This document shows, in pieces, positions 1-12,554 of a stretch of DNA of 64,000 nt. The stretch covers positions 88,784,001 to 88,848,000 of the forward strand of contig JAGIQG010000003.1 of NCBI GenBank assembly GCA_024679065.1, read 5' to 3'. Position 1 is the stretch's first letter, and every line of letters begins with the position of its first letter. The notes beneath the pieces are model-generated. The model was not told the DNA's origin. It searched no databases and saw only the letters and a list, made by a program, of their open reading frames with translations. Position numbers and translations under genes: made by a program. Source of the DNA: Sphyrna mokarran (lineage: Eukaryota).

Positions 1-4
1 AGAG

Positions 5-345
5 AGGGCAGGTTGGTGGCACAGTGATTAAGACTGATGCCTCACAGTACCAGACCCGGGTTCTGGCCTTGGATTAGGTCTGTGGGGAGTTTGCACCCTC
101 TCCCTGTGTCTGTGTGGGTTTTCTCTGCGTGTTTCAGTTTCCTCCCACAGTCCAAAGAAGTTCAGACTGGGGGTTTGGCCATGCTAAATTGCCCCTTAGT
201 GTCGAAAGATGTGTACCTTAGATGTATTAGCTATAATAAATGTGTGGGTTATGGGGATAGAGCTTAGGGAAGATACTCTGTCAGAGTCAGTGCAGACTTG
301 ATGGGCCTAATGGCCTTCTTTTGCACTACAGGGATGCTATGATTC
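5..345 (+). mobile_element. HE1-like V-SINE, full length, CR1-type tail (type A)
   Basis: tRNA-like head (GGTGGCACAGTG...GACCCGGGTTC), V-domain (GTCTGTGTGGGTTTTCTC...TTCCTCCCACAGTCCAAAG), tail GATGGGCCTAATGGCCTTC...CTATGATTC. About 10 related copies in this window. Confidence 0.85.
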
Positions 346-484
346 CAGACATCTTGCGATTAAGTACCGTACATAAATTCAACTTTGGTTCATCAGAACA
401 ACATACTGCAGTCGTACAAGGTCATGGATTTGAGGTGAAATCCAGAATTCAAGATCAGAAGGTGTGCAATGGTCGAGATTGTAC

Positions 485-738
485 CTGAAGGTCACGGTTA
501 TGGTTTTCACAAAGCAGCTGCAAGAACCGAAGGATTGGTTGCATGATGGCAATCACTGCACTCATCTCCCCATCGTCCTTGTTCTTCTCTCCAGCCGCTT
601 GGCTGCCCTCAGCAGCAGCAAAGTGGTCCTCTGGGTCTGCTTCCCTCCGGAAGGTGTTGTAGGCTTTCCGTGTGGCAGCAGAAGCCTCAAGCAGCTGATC
701 TCGTACTTCGTCACTCAGCTGTGCTGAAGGTTCTTTGG
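485..738 (-). CDS. ITPR1: ITPR1 internal coding exon (254 nt, phase 1 to 0): (A)[84 protein letters not shown]
   Basis: Minus-strand translation closely matches IP3R1 ([16 protein letters not shown]...[21 protein letters not shown], including the CENHN Ca2+-site residues). Acceptor tgtAG at 739-740, donor CAG|GTAC at 483-484. Phase fits the upstream exon (G+CC=Ala). Not reported in the ORF track. Confidence 0.97.
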
Positions 739-834
739 CTACATGTTAATACAAGAAATAAATAATTGATCGGTCAGAGACAATCTGTCCTTTCATCACC
801 TTTCCTAACCAAGTAGAAAAGAATTGCTGAGTTA

Positions 835-1400
835 AAAGTATAGGAATAATAGGAATAAACTAGCCATTCAGCACCTGGAGCCTGTTCTGTCAGATAGGTC
901 ATGGCTGATCTGCATCTCAATTCCATTGACTTGTATCTGCTCCATATCACTGGATAAATTTAATTAACAAAAATCTATTGATCATATATATAGTTTTGAT
1001 TACCCAAGAAGCCTAAAACTGGATGGAGTATTAATGGAACATCAGAGTATATCATTTGACTCATCAAGTTTGCTCAAGCCATCTTGAGACCATTTGTATC
1101 CACCCTTACCACATCGTTTGATACCTTTAATACCCAGAAATGTCTCAAAAGTGCTCAGTGATTGAGCTCCCACAGCCCTCTGGGGGTAGGGAATTCCAAG
1201 ATTCACAATCCTGCAAATGAAGAAATTCCTCCTCATTTCAGTCTTAATTGGTCCACCTACTATTCTGAGGCAATGTCCAGACTCACCAGAGGAAACATTT
1301 ACATTTACCCTGTCACACCCTGCATAAATTTTCTAAGTTTCAACACGATCGCCTCTCAGTTTTTGAAACTCTAGCAAATACAGGCTTATTTCTTAAGTGT
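835..1400 (-). mobile_element. CR1 LINE 3' fragment(s), decayed
   Basis: Typical CR1 3' tail in reverse (gccattcagc...catggctgatctg). ORF 1042..1236 MRRNFF..RIVNL resembles the CR1 ORF2 C-terminus. Confidence 0.7.
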
Positions 1401-1524
1401 CTTCCATAGGGTTTAGACAGGTGAATCTCCATATACTAGATATAGGCTGACAAAGACGTGTTTCTCATTTTGTATTCACAATACATTCTTCACTACAGTT
1501 AAGAAAGACACTACAGTTTAAAAA

Positions 1525-2066
1525 AAAACCAGCAATGGTTCTACTTTCTCAAAAGACTAAGGAAACATGGCATGTCGGCTCCAACTTTCACAGATACACC
1601 ATAAATATTCTGATTGTATTACAGCTTGGTATCACTGCTGCTCTGTCCAAGATGGAAAGAAACTACAACAGATCCTGAACAAAGCACAATCCATCATGCA
1701 AACCAACCTCCTATCCATTGACTCTGTCTGCACTTCGTGCTGCCGTGGCAAAGCAGCCAGCATAATTAAGGGCCTCATGCACCCCAGACATTCTTTTTTC
1801 TATCTTCTCCATCGGGAAAAAGATAAAGTTTGACGTTGCATACCAATTGACTCAGCAACAGGGAAGAAGCTGTTCTCATCAGACTTTTGTATGCTACTTC
1901 GCATGAAGTTGATTTTTTTTTTACACCCTACTTACGACTGTAACACTACATTCTACACTCTCTCATTTCCTATTCTATGAATGGTATGCTTTGACTGCAC
2001 AGTGCACAAGAAACAATACTTTACACTGTGTGCTAATACATGTGACAACAATAAATCAGATCAAAA
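1525..2066 (+). mobile_element. Rex1/Babar-like LINE 3' fragment
   Basis: ORF 1567..1833 CITAWY...KKLQ.I...AQ.I....L.SI.......C..KA.SIIK...HP.H is the Rex1 ORF C-terminus. Tail CATGTGACAACAATAAATCAGATCAAA. Homologous to 19358-19930 in inverse. Confidence 0.85.
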
Positions 2067-2480
2067 GTCTAACTGATTTCTCAACAGCCTTGCTGGTCAT
2101 GAGCTTTCAGGGAATCAGGCATTGCAGCTCCCAGCATTTTCCCCCAATCAACAAATATGAACCATACTCCACTGAGGCATGTCACGCCAATTTGATATTA
2201 TGGCACCTTTTGAAAGGATCAGAAATGGTTAATCCGTGCCTTGATGAGAAAGGATTTCACTCATTTAACCTGACATTGGCACAAACTGCACCACTTCATT
2301 CCTGAAAAAGCAGGATCTATTGGCCAATTAAATGCATCGTTCCAAACTAACTTCCAAGAATGAATGGTGAATTTTATTATCAGTTCATGGATTAAAATTC
2401 CTTTTGAAGTGCTTCAAAACTTGTAAATAGATATAGATTAACAGTGACTACTGTTTCCTATTTCAAAAACTGGATAGCCT

Positions 2481-2917
2481 AGGGCAGGGTTTTGTCCTCC
2501 AGGTCAGGATCAAATGGGGTCACAGCCAGTTATAGTAGGGGAAACAGTCACCCAGCAGTAATCTTCTCCCAGTGGGGTAATTCATGGTCAGAGGACAGGT
2601 TCTCCATCCAATTAAGGACGATGGACGAGTATTCTGAAGATTGACGGGTCAAGAGGAGGCCCTCGAAGACAGAACAAGGTGAAGTCTGTCATTCAGGTAG
2701 GAGGGAACTTGTTTCAAAATGCATGTTTCAAAATTATTACATTAAAAACAAAATGGCCTCAACAGTCACAATGTGAAGGGGGACCTCCTCCAAAAGAATG
2801 CCTGTATCCACTGATGTGACCAAAAATAGGGTGAGTGAGAATCTCAAAGTCTGCCTGGAGCAATGGCTCCCAGTCTATCCTGCCACACACCTGTCTACTC
2901 AGTGAAAACCCTACCTT
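2481..2917. mobile_element. Possible non-autonomous DNA transposon relic (MITE-like)
   Basis: Imperfect terminal inverted repeats AGGGCAGGGTTTT (2481) / AAAACCCTACCTT (about 2905-2917); no coding capacity. Confidence 0.35.
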
Positions 2918-3364
2918 TAGCATAAACAAATATGTAGTCAAGATATAGAAATGATAAATCTTTCAATTTTTCCTGTCACAGCAGGAATTGATGGATGTTG
3001 TCCCAATCATTGGTTATATGGTTGCTGATCAGCCATCTCTTCAACTCATTTGTCTATTTGGAATCATTCTCCTCAGGGAGATGATGTGGTTTAGTTTGCA
3101 GGTGGTCAAAAGCAGTGCTTTAAATATTGGTATTTATAGTATTTTGTGTTGCACTGGAGTCGGTACAACTGCTTTGACAGAAACTATTTATCATTCAGCT
3201 CTGGGGGGAAGACATCTCCAATAGCTCTACTTTAAACTTTGGCCGTCAGACTGCCTAAGATGTCCTAGGGATGTTCAAAATGGTGGCCAAATATCCCCAA
3301 TGGGTGGAAAGCTCACGTCATAGAACTAGGCCAAGACATAGAAGTTGCTCCATGTACAGGCAGA

Positions 3365-3505
3365 AATGTTTGCAGTAGTTTTTCTATGTTCTATTAGGAT
3401 TGAGGGTTATAAGATAGACTGAGTAGGGAGGTTTATGATCAGTGCAACTTGTGGGCCGAAGGACCTGCTTGTGCTGTAGTTTTTTATGTTCTTTTCTATG
3501 TTCTA
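3365..3505 (+). mobile_element. CR1-type 3' tail fragment
   Basis: GGGCCGAAGGACCTG...GTGCTGTAG...TTCTATGTTCTA terminal repeat; a similar copy lies at 7107-7285. Confidence 0.6.
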
Positions 3506-3985
3506 AATAAAAGGTGCGTTGAAGGAGAAGAGCTTTCCAAACATACTGGCTTCCCAACCTATTCCACTAGTGAGGAAAAGGCTGAGTGGAGACTGAACTT
3601 TTAAATCTGCCTTCATCTCTCATTCATTGAGCGTGACTCAGCTAACTCTAATCATTTTGCCCTTGTTAATTTCTCTGAACTTATTCGCATTTTTATTTAC
3701 AGCTGTGGCAGCTTTTAAATTTGCAGAGAGCACTTAAGGATTTGATTCATCAGCTCTGATGAATGACAACAAAGCTGAGAAAACTGCAAAGGCACCTTAA
3801 AATTGAAAATGAAGGGCTCCTTTCCAATTCCTAAGGCCAATTAGCAGGTCTCAATACAATTATATGAAGCAATTAAAGTTCCAGTTTTAGGATAATAATG
3901 GCAATTAGAATAAATAATTAGTCTACATTGTGCCTGACCAGGTGCTTTTGTCGTACACGAGAGTATTCTTCAGTCCTGGCTATAC

Positions 3986-4169
3986 CTCTTCTCCGCACAG
4001 GCACGTCCTTCTCTGAAGATTCATCGTCTTTCTTTTTATTACCAAGGTCGCTGGTATTTACAGTCACTGTAGCTTTGATCTCTTGCTGTGCAAGCTTCAT
4101 GCGGTCATAAAACACCTTGAAGAATTTCTCAGACTTCTTATCTTCTGTCAGGCGGCAGTAAAATGAATG
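3986..4169 (-). CDS. ITPR1: ITPR1 internal coding exon (184 nt, phase 0 to 1): [61 protein letters not shown]
   Basis: Overlaps ORF 3918..4115(-) and matches IP3R1 ([34 protein letters not shown]). Acceptor ttttgacAG at 4170-4171, donor GAG|GTATAG at 3984-3985. Confidence 0.97.
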
Positions 4170-4244
4170 CTGTCAAAATAGAGAAGTGATCAATCAGATA
4201 TTAATATATCGGATGCTGCTAGACCTCAACTGACTTCTACAATA

Positions 4245-4520
4245 ACTTGCATTTTTGTAGCACTTTTAATGTAATCAAAACATTCCAAGGTGCTTTGCAG
4301 GAGTGAAATCAAACAAAATGTCACACCAAGTTATAGGGCAGGTGACCAAAAGTTTGGCTGAACAGGTAGGTTTTAAGAAATCTCATAATGGAGAGGTTGA
4401 GGCGGAGAGATTTAGCGAGAAGATTTCACAGCTTAGGGCACATGGCAGCTGAGAGTAGAATGATGAAAATAGGACTGGTGCAAGGGATCAGACTTGGAGA
4501 AGTGCACAGAGGTTGCACAA
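4245..4520 (-). mobile_element. L2-like LINE 3' end
   Basis: acttgcattt...tagcactttt...ccaaggtgcttt...gggcaggtgaccaaaag motif, shared with 23410-23790, 33290-33845 and 36380-37280. Confidence 0.6.
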
Positions 4521-5175
4521 TCGTTCATAGCTAACTACAACATCCTCTTAACGTTTATTCATATCCACATAGCAAGGTTTAAACATCCTTTTGGTTTGTC
4601 AACTGTTATTTCACCTCTGACTGGGAATCAAACCCAACTCAGAACAGCGGGCCACCCACTGTTTGGTCTTCAGGTGTTGCGGGGACAGGAGTGGGGTGGC
4701 AGTGGCTTGTGGGAGTGCGGGTGTTTTGACATCTGCTTTCTGGTAGACTGAAAAGAGAAAACTAAAATTGAGAGTGTGCGCTGTTGTATTTTCCAATAGT
4801 GACAAAAGGCATGAGAAGGGTCAAAGTGCAAGTTACAAGTTTCCAGGAATCACTGTGTGAATACAGACTAAATTAAACAAATGATGCCTGACTGGCTGAG
4901 TGTTTCCACCATTTTCTGTTTTTATTAAGCACACACAATGTTGTGCTTCCTGTTACCACCCTCATTACTTATCACTTAGGCTATAAATAAATGCTGAAGA
5001 CAAGGAACTGCACATTCCCTTGGAGATTTTCCATTCAAAGTCATATTTTATCAAACTGATTCACACTGGGGAAATCTCTACAGTGTAATTAAGTTAGACA
5101 CCTGCAGTTGTTGGACTTTAAAAAAAATAGCCAAGGTCATTACAGGTCATCGCTACACACCCTGATGGCATTTTA

Positions 5176-5422
5176 AGTTTTTTAAATTGTGTCACAAGTA
5201 GGCTTACATTAACACTGCAATGGGAGTTACTGTAATAATTCCCTAGTTGCCACGCTAATTTGGTATGGCCACCTAACTAGTGCATCTTTCAAACTGTGGG
5301 AGGAAACTGGAGCACCCGGAAGAAACCCATGCACATACAAGGAGAACATGACAAGCTGAAAATCGAATCCAGGTCCCTGGCAGTATGGCAGCAGTGCTAA
5401 CCACTGTGCCGCTGTGTCACCC
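5176..5422 (-). mobile_element. V-SINE with alternative tail (type B)
   Basis: Reverse head (gcagtgctaaccactgtgccg), V-domain (tgtgggaggaaactggagcacccggaagaaaccca), tail gtgtcacaagtaggcttacattaacactgcaatg. Confidence 0.8.
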
Positions 5423-7106
5423 CATTAACAAACGTCTTGGCATCGAAGAGACAGATTCATTTTGCCAGGTCTATTACCCAATTACTTCAGCTTGCAATTT
5501 CACCATCATCTCTACTGCAATTCCCAAATCAACAGCCAGTAGGATAATAGTGATTAGTGATTATGGGGCTGGGATCTTTTGTATTGCCCCAGACAGCCAT
5601 TTTTAATTCAGGAGGAAGAGTTTAAAAGTTGTTCTGCAACAACTTGCAGAAAAAATAGATTGTGACCAAATTGGGCAAATCAAATGAGACATTGAACAAC
5701 TGGGGCAATGGATCATGCTTGGGTTCTATATAAAACGCTGTCCCAAAGATTACCTACCAATAATAAAGCAGTTTTACTTGTGATTACTGCAATTTTACTT
5801 TGTGCTCTGGATCCTGGTTCTTTATGTCACATTTAAATTTCATACCTATTGTTAATGAGAAACTAATGAAATTTGATAAATCCCAATGGTGGTTTTCAGG
5901 CAAAGACTAGAAGATTTAATCTGCCAGATATTTAAACAAGAGTGTGGTGAGTTAAAAGAACAAGGCACATCATCTTGGAAATTGAATTTCAACCTTGGTG
6001 GGAAAGATTTGAATAAATCACAACTTGGGTTGGAAGTGGTATGCCAGATTATATATCAGAGTGAGAATCATCCTGGAACGTTCGGTGGACAGCATACAAT
6101 AGAGTCAACAGGAGCCTAAAAGCCATTCATCAGTTGGAAGTAATGACCCATTTTAGAGTGAGAGCCCCAAATACAAATGATATCTTTTGGTAAAGAAAAT
6201 CATATTTTTTTAATGTCATATAATTTTATCCAAATAACTATATTCATCATATATGGAGAATTAATAGATTCACTACACAATTTCTACTCTTCAACAGTTG
6301 ATAAATCTGATAATTTTTTTTGTGCGTCTCAAGTAACGTCAGCAACTTTGTAAGCTAGTTGTCCAGAAAAGCTAATTTCCAGTTCCCACAGAAATCATTG
6401 TATCCACATTGTGGTCAATAGCCATTAAGCTTAAGGCTCTTACTAACTTGTTCCATCTCAACCTCCTCAATTCATTACTCAATTCTATCTAGCCTTTGGC
6501 TATTGTTAATACATTCTCAGCAACACTCTTCAAGTCATATAGACTTAATGCATCCATCTTCAGTCTTCTCAAACTAAGCACAGATCCCCAGCTTGTCTTC
6601 AGTGGTACAGAAAAAAATGTTCTTTCACTCAATCTCAAAAGAAGTTGAAAGATAAATTTTGCGATCTCACAAACAAATAGGAAAATGTTACTCTCGTGGT
6701 TTTTTTCATAATTTCTCTGATTCTAAGTAACAGCAACATTTAGCTTATTTAACCTTTTGACCTAACCATCTCCTTCAACCTCAAATGAATCATCCACATT
6801 TCTACTTTTAAAGCTGAATCCAGATATGCTGATGTCCTCATTTGTACCAGCATCTTTTTTTTTCACCCTTAACTACTCTTGATTTTCTGTAAAGTTCAAG
6901 TCCATTTAATTTATTTAAACATTGCTTCCAAATCATGGATACTCCAAACCCCGCTTCCCATTCTCTTGCATCCCAATTGTAGACAGTAAAAAAAAATGCA
7001 CTCGTTTTCATTGGCAATCTCCCTCAACTTTGAGCTTTAGCCACTTCCTCAGTTCTTCTTTCTTTTTGTTCTTTGCCTCCCACGTTCTCTCTGAACATAA
7101 AAACAT

Positions 7107-7285
7107 GCCCTGCCTGCAGCTGTTGTAGATGCGCCAAGTTTGGTGGCGTTTAAGAGGTTAATTGATAAGTATATGGAAGAGAAGGGAATGGTTAGTTTGG
7201 AGGGGCATTGCTTTTTATTTTGGTCGGCACAACATCGAAGGCCGAAGGGCCTGTTCTGTGCTGTAATGTTCTATGTTCTATGTTG
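7107..7285 (+). mobile_element. CR1-type LINE 3' tail
   Basis: ...GCGTTTAAGAGG..ATTGATAAGTATATG...GGCCGAAGGGCCTGTTCTGTGCTGTAATGTTCTATGTTCTATG. Confidence 0.7.
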
Positions 7286-8603
7286 GACAAAATGTCCTCC
7301 CTCTGCCTTGGATCCTCATTCTGTTAAGAGAGTATCCTACTTATTTCTATCCCTCTTCCTCCCTCCCTTCTGAATTTCCACTCTGATGGCTTTTAAAGAC
7401 TTCTAAACAGGGTACCTTTCAGTAGTTGCAGCTTCCTGATTTACCTCATTTTTATTCTGTTCAACCTTGATGGTGTCCTACATTTTGGGCCTTTGCCCAA
7501 TACTATTGTTTTCAATTCAAAAGCAAAGTCATTTATTACATAGTGCTAGGCACAGCTCACAATAACCAGGTGAAACCTCCCTCCACCACGTCTCCAACCT
7601 CCCTCCAAAAAAAAAAACACGAGTCCTTTGGAATCTCGATTTATTTTTGGCTTGCTCCCAGTCAGTCAGCAAAATGGTCACACACTTTTCCTTCTTCCCT
7701 GCAAAAAAACTTCTTCAGAAATACTATTTAAAATAAAGTAAGGTCACTAAATGAATTCAAGAATTCAGAGTCTTGTATTAAGAATATCACATGGCTCAGA
7801 TTACATATTCTGTAAAGCCAAAGTTCTGTTGACCTTGGTAACACAAAAGATCCAATCCTGCCCTCTGCTGTAGGCTATACAATGAGATCAGGTCACTGAC
7901 AGGCAGCAAAATAAATCAGGTAGAGTGTGAACAGATGTGCCAGAGGGACACTATTTGATTTTCCCCAAGATGATGCCCCAGTGACTTCTCTCAAAACGCT
8001 AGGAACTGAACCTCCATCTTAATCCTGACTTGCTTCAGTACCCATGATTACTGAGAGGTCACCACATTAGCTTAGCAAAGTGAATCACCAAGGTTTTGCA
8101 TGGATGTGCAGCATCCTGGTTGACTTCACCTGTAGTAATTGACCACAATTGAACAAGGTTGCAAGGGGCTTGTTTCCTTTCTGTGCTATGTTGAGATATT
8201 ATCCATTGCTCAATTGGTGATATGAACCAGCACTTTTAAACTTTGAACCAGATCTTGTCTTCTTCTACCAGCCATTTCTTCTCAAATTGCTCAACTTTAC
8301 TTACCAACCCATCAGTACATCACTACTCCACTGGATAGGGCCAATTTCATCTTCTCCTGAATTTTTTTTTAAAACCCAAAATATTTTTTAAACTTGAACA
8401 TTTAAAGGAATCACCCAATAACTTTATCCAAAAGGCTTAGTTATAAAGGTGGTAAATTGGATTGAAAGTACATTTGCTGTAGGTTTCTCTAGGCCTATGG
8501 TCGTGGTGCATATAGCTGTGCTGCTATCAACACTGCTATCCAGTGAGAAAGATACAGGGAGAATTCTATTATAAATAAGACTAGCTCAGCATGCATACGA
8601 GTG

Positions 8604-8897
8604 AATCATAGAATCTTACAAAACAGAAGATGCCATTCGGCCCATCGAGTCCATACCAATCACAATCCCACCAAGACCCCATCCCCACAACACTATGTAT
8701 TTACCCTAGCTAGTCCCCCTGACACCAAGGAACACTTTAGCATAATCAATGCACCTAATCCGCACATCTTTGGACTGTGGAAAGAAATCAAGGAAACCCA
8801 CACAGACACAAGGAGAATATGCAAACTCCAAACAGACAGTGACCCAAGCCAGGAATTGAACCCAGGTCCCTGGCTCTATGTAACAGTAGTGCTAACT
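8604..8897 (-). mobile_element. HE1-like V-SINE (type A tail)
   Basis: atcatagaatc...gccattcggcccatcgagtc tail, V-domain catctttggactgtgg...gaaacccacacagacac, head gaattgaacccaggtccctgg...gtgctaac. Confidence 0.85.
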
Positions 8898-8949
8898 AAG
8901 GACTTGAGTTAATGAAAGTAAGCTGGCCTTGTATTCTGTCTTGTTTTTC

Positions 8950-11537
8950 CTATGGGGCATTGCTGGGTCACTTATACAAATTCATGAGCTTACTCTGTAG
9001 TGAACAATGAGCAGAGATTCATATCCCATAATCATGTGCTCCAGCAATCGTGAATGCTCATTAACCAAAATGTTTGACTGCAAGACTCAAATGGCTTTCC
9101 TGTTAAGAGGTCAGAAGCGAGGATGCTTCATCTTCATTTACAACTCCTCCAGCAGTCGTACAACACAAACTTATAGCAGCACCTGGAGAATATCCAGGCT
9201 TGGGGTGTTGTCAAGGGTGGGGGAGGTTGATCGTTGAGTCAGATAGATTGTAAACAGTATGGGGGCCATCACAAAGCATTACATTGGTCTGGATTTGTGA
9301 TCTCCTGCTGAAGACAGTTGTGATTATATCATCATGAAACAATTGCAAGATTATGAAGCAGTTTCTTGAACTTCCAAACCATAGGGGCATATTCCACAGA
9401 GCCTTACAATTTACTTAATCAAATTCTTTATTCAGGTTGATGTATGCATTAAAAACTCATCTGGGTGTTGGTCTCAATATTTTTCTTCGATTTGTCTGGC
9501 AAAGACCAGATCAGAGCTTCCTCTGAGACGATCTAAAGCCACATTGTCTCTGGGAGGCTTTCCTCAGCCACAGAAGAACTGGTATCAGGATTTTTTCTGC
9601 TATGGGCAAGAGGGAAATACCTCCACTGATTCCATAGCTTTCTTATTCACTTAATTGCTTGTTGCAGCTTTCCCACTATTGGTGGTTTCCCTATGAATTC
9701 TATCACAGGGAATTGAAGGAATAGATGGAGAGTATCTGAGTTTGAGAAAATGTCCTTCCTTGCATTGCTGGATAGCTTTATCATCCTTGTGAAGAGAAAC
9801 ACCATCCTGTGAGAAGGGATTTAATTCATTTTACTTGGATCTATAGACAGTCCTGAGAGCCTGTGGTCAGTGTGCTGTTGGATCTCCTGGGTTTGTTCTT
9901 TAACTTCTGGATTTGACTTTGGACATCAACCTTGAATGTTGGAATGCTGCCTTCTTGATTTGTGACCTTGGGTTGTTCTATCAGGTAGTGAAGGCTACTG
10001 CTTTTGATCTAGGAGGTCACATGCTTTAGCCTTATTTTGATCGAATTAGTCCTGGTGATAACGATTCTCATATGCAGTGGTCTGGGCACAGGAGCTGACT
10101 TTATTAGATCGCATTGATTTGAACTGGAGTTGGAAGTTGAATATTTTCTGGACTGTTCCCTGGCAATTGGAATTCACCGGTTTGCTCAGGCTGCTTTAAG
10201 GCTAAGATATTGATCTTCTTCCTCTTGAATCTTTGGGTCTTGTGCTGTCTTGCTGCTACGCAGGTATTCATCACTGATCAAACACATTAATGATCTGTCC
10301 AGCTGATATCAGCCCCCCGCATAGATCAAATGATACAGATGCTACTTAGATCTTTGAATCGAACAATGACATAACTCAGCAGGTGTCAGTGGTTTGATTT
10401 AGGATGCCTCCACATGGTTATATTTGGTCCTTCTGGCAGAATAGGGTGTTTGTTATTTTGAGCACACCTTTTCAGCTTTTTCCACTCAGTTTTTCCCATT
10501 GGTTCCACTCCACGTCATGGCCAACCCTGGCTTTAAAGTTCCCCAGAAGAATGAGCTTTACTTCGTTTGGGATGGCAGTGAGAACATCACCACGCTAAGA
10601 ATAGAACCGTTCCTTAATATCTTCATTGGAGTCAAAAGTTGGTGCAGAAGCACTGATGTCAGCGGCATCTTCGTCGTGGTTGAGCCGCAGGTGAAATGTC
10701 ACAAATCTTGCACTTTACAATTGAGTGTTAATGGTACATCTAATCATATTCTGATAGCAAAACCATCTGTGGACACAAAGGTTGTAACTGGCCTTGCCTT
10801 TCCAGTAGGGGGTGCATCCCCTTGCTTGTTCCTTCAGTTGCCCCTCCTCGGGAGGCAATTCTCACTGAGGGCGGCAATATCAATGCAGAGTCTTGATAGT
10901 TCGTGTCATACAAACTGCAGGTCTTTTCAGACAGACACTTGAGTGTTTTGACATTCCAAGTTGCAAAATTTAGGAGTTTTCTTTCTTTGAGCACAAAGAT
11001 GACAATTCTGCAGGGTGTGGCTCCCCAACTTGAAGAAATTGGGACAGCCTATTTTTAAGGCACTTTTTCTACTTCCACCTCCCCCCCCACCAACACATCC
11101 CCATTTTGCAGTGAGCAAAGGGTATCCTGATGATGATGACGACCCAATCACAGGTGCTGCTGCCCAAAAGGCACCCTTCTGCCAACTATGTGGAGATTCT
11201 TGAGTTGGGACTCTCAGGTCCTGCCCCTAGTGTCAATTTTCCATCACCACAGGACATGAAAAATGGGCCCTGGAGAGAGGCCTAAGTGTGACTTAGTTTA
11301 ATGCAGGGAGCCTGGGGGATACTGTCATTGGTCATGTGATCTCGATGGATGACCATCTTGTCACTGAGGACTTTCCACAGAACCCTTTGTCTCGCAACCA
11401 CCACCCCCCCCTTTCCCCCACACCACCCATGCTGCCAAGTATGGCCTACTGGGAGCAAGGAGTACCTAAGGACACTGCTCAAGGGATCACCAGAATTCAC
11501 AAACCTTTCTACCACATCAACGTGATGATCCACTGAC
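8950..11537 (-). mobile_element. Decayed RTE-clade LINE (5' UTR, AP endonuclease, part of RT)
   Basis: ORF 10740..10994(-) LNFATWNVKTL is an RTE endonuclease start motif; a GFAI motif lies near 10750-10770; a relic of the RT 'GCV.AP' motif near 9260-9280; many stops and frameshifts. Confidence 0.7.
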
Positions 11538-11559
11538 AAAGAGGAGGAATCAGGAGTGT

Positions 11560-11960
11560 GATCAATCAAAAAATTGACACTGAATCAAAGGTCAAGAACA
11601 AATAGGTAGATTTTTATGAGCGTCTTAAAAGGAAGAGAGAGAGGTGAAATGGAGCCCTGAGCTACATCCAGAATGAACGTAGGGGAAGTGGCAAAAGTCT
11701 AGAATGGATGACCACAGAGAACTGAGTATTGGAAAGATTGAAGAGATTACACAGATAGGGAGGGGCAAGGCCTTGGAGGGATTTGAAAATAAAGACAAGA
11801 ACTTTAAAACTGACCTCCTGTCAATGTAGGTCAGCAAGTGAGCAAGGGGTGCTCACTGATGCAAGCATCAGAGTTTAGTCTAAATCTATATAGAGGATGT
11901 AAAATGGGAGGCCGGTCAAGTGAGCATTAAAATTAGTCAGTATAGAGCTAAAGATGACTT
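11560..11960 (-). mobile_element. L2-like LINE 3' fragment
   Basis: Similar to 4245-4520 and 36380-37280 (gagcgtcttaaaagg...gagattacacagataggg...ggagggatttgaaa). Confidence 0.55.
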
Positions 11961-12554
11961 GGACTTTGCCACTGAGGAAACATCCTGGTATCTTCCATCT
12001 AACGCTGCTGCTGTGGGGGCACTTGATCACCACAAGAACCGCAGCAGTTCATGATAATTCTTTACCATCATCGCAGGCCAATAGTCTTCAATATCCCTTA
12101 CATCCCAGGGACAAAAAAAATCATATTTGTCCCTTTGACAGAAGGGACACAATTTGCACTCAAGCACATATCCCAATCTCAAAACACGTGCATGTGGCAA
12201 AATATAAACTCCAAAGGCAAGTATCACTGAATCAACATTTTCCCACAATCAAGATTAGTCTGAGTGAACATGCCTCCCACTTTACATCTTCTGTATATGC
12301 TTATGCTAAGCTCTGCCACTTGTATGAGTGAGCACCCCTTGTTCACTTATTAACAGCCCACAAATCTTAACGGGAAAGGCTGCATTAAATTCAATTATTA
12401 AGCCAAATGTACCAACGTAGGGACCTTCAGGCCACTTTTAACAGCTAACAATTCAGAACATCATTTGTCCGTTTAAATGCATAACGAAGGGATCTTAAAA
12501 ATAGCTTGTTTTAAATTTGCAGTATTGTAAAGACTACCTGTGATGTTATCTTCA

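Noticed and set aside
464-727. Plus-strand ORFs 464..727 and 3928..4110
   Set aside because: Antisense shadows of real ITPR1 exons.
10499-10942. 147-aa plus-strand ORF
   Set aside because: Antisense to the decayed RTE endonuclease region; no independent coding evidence.
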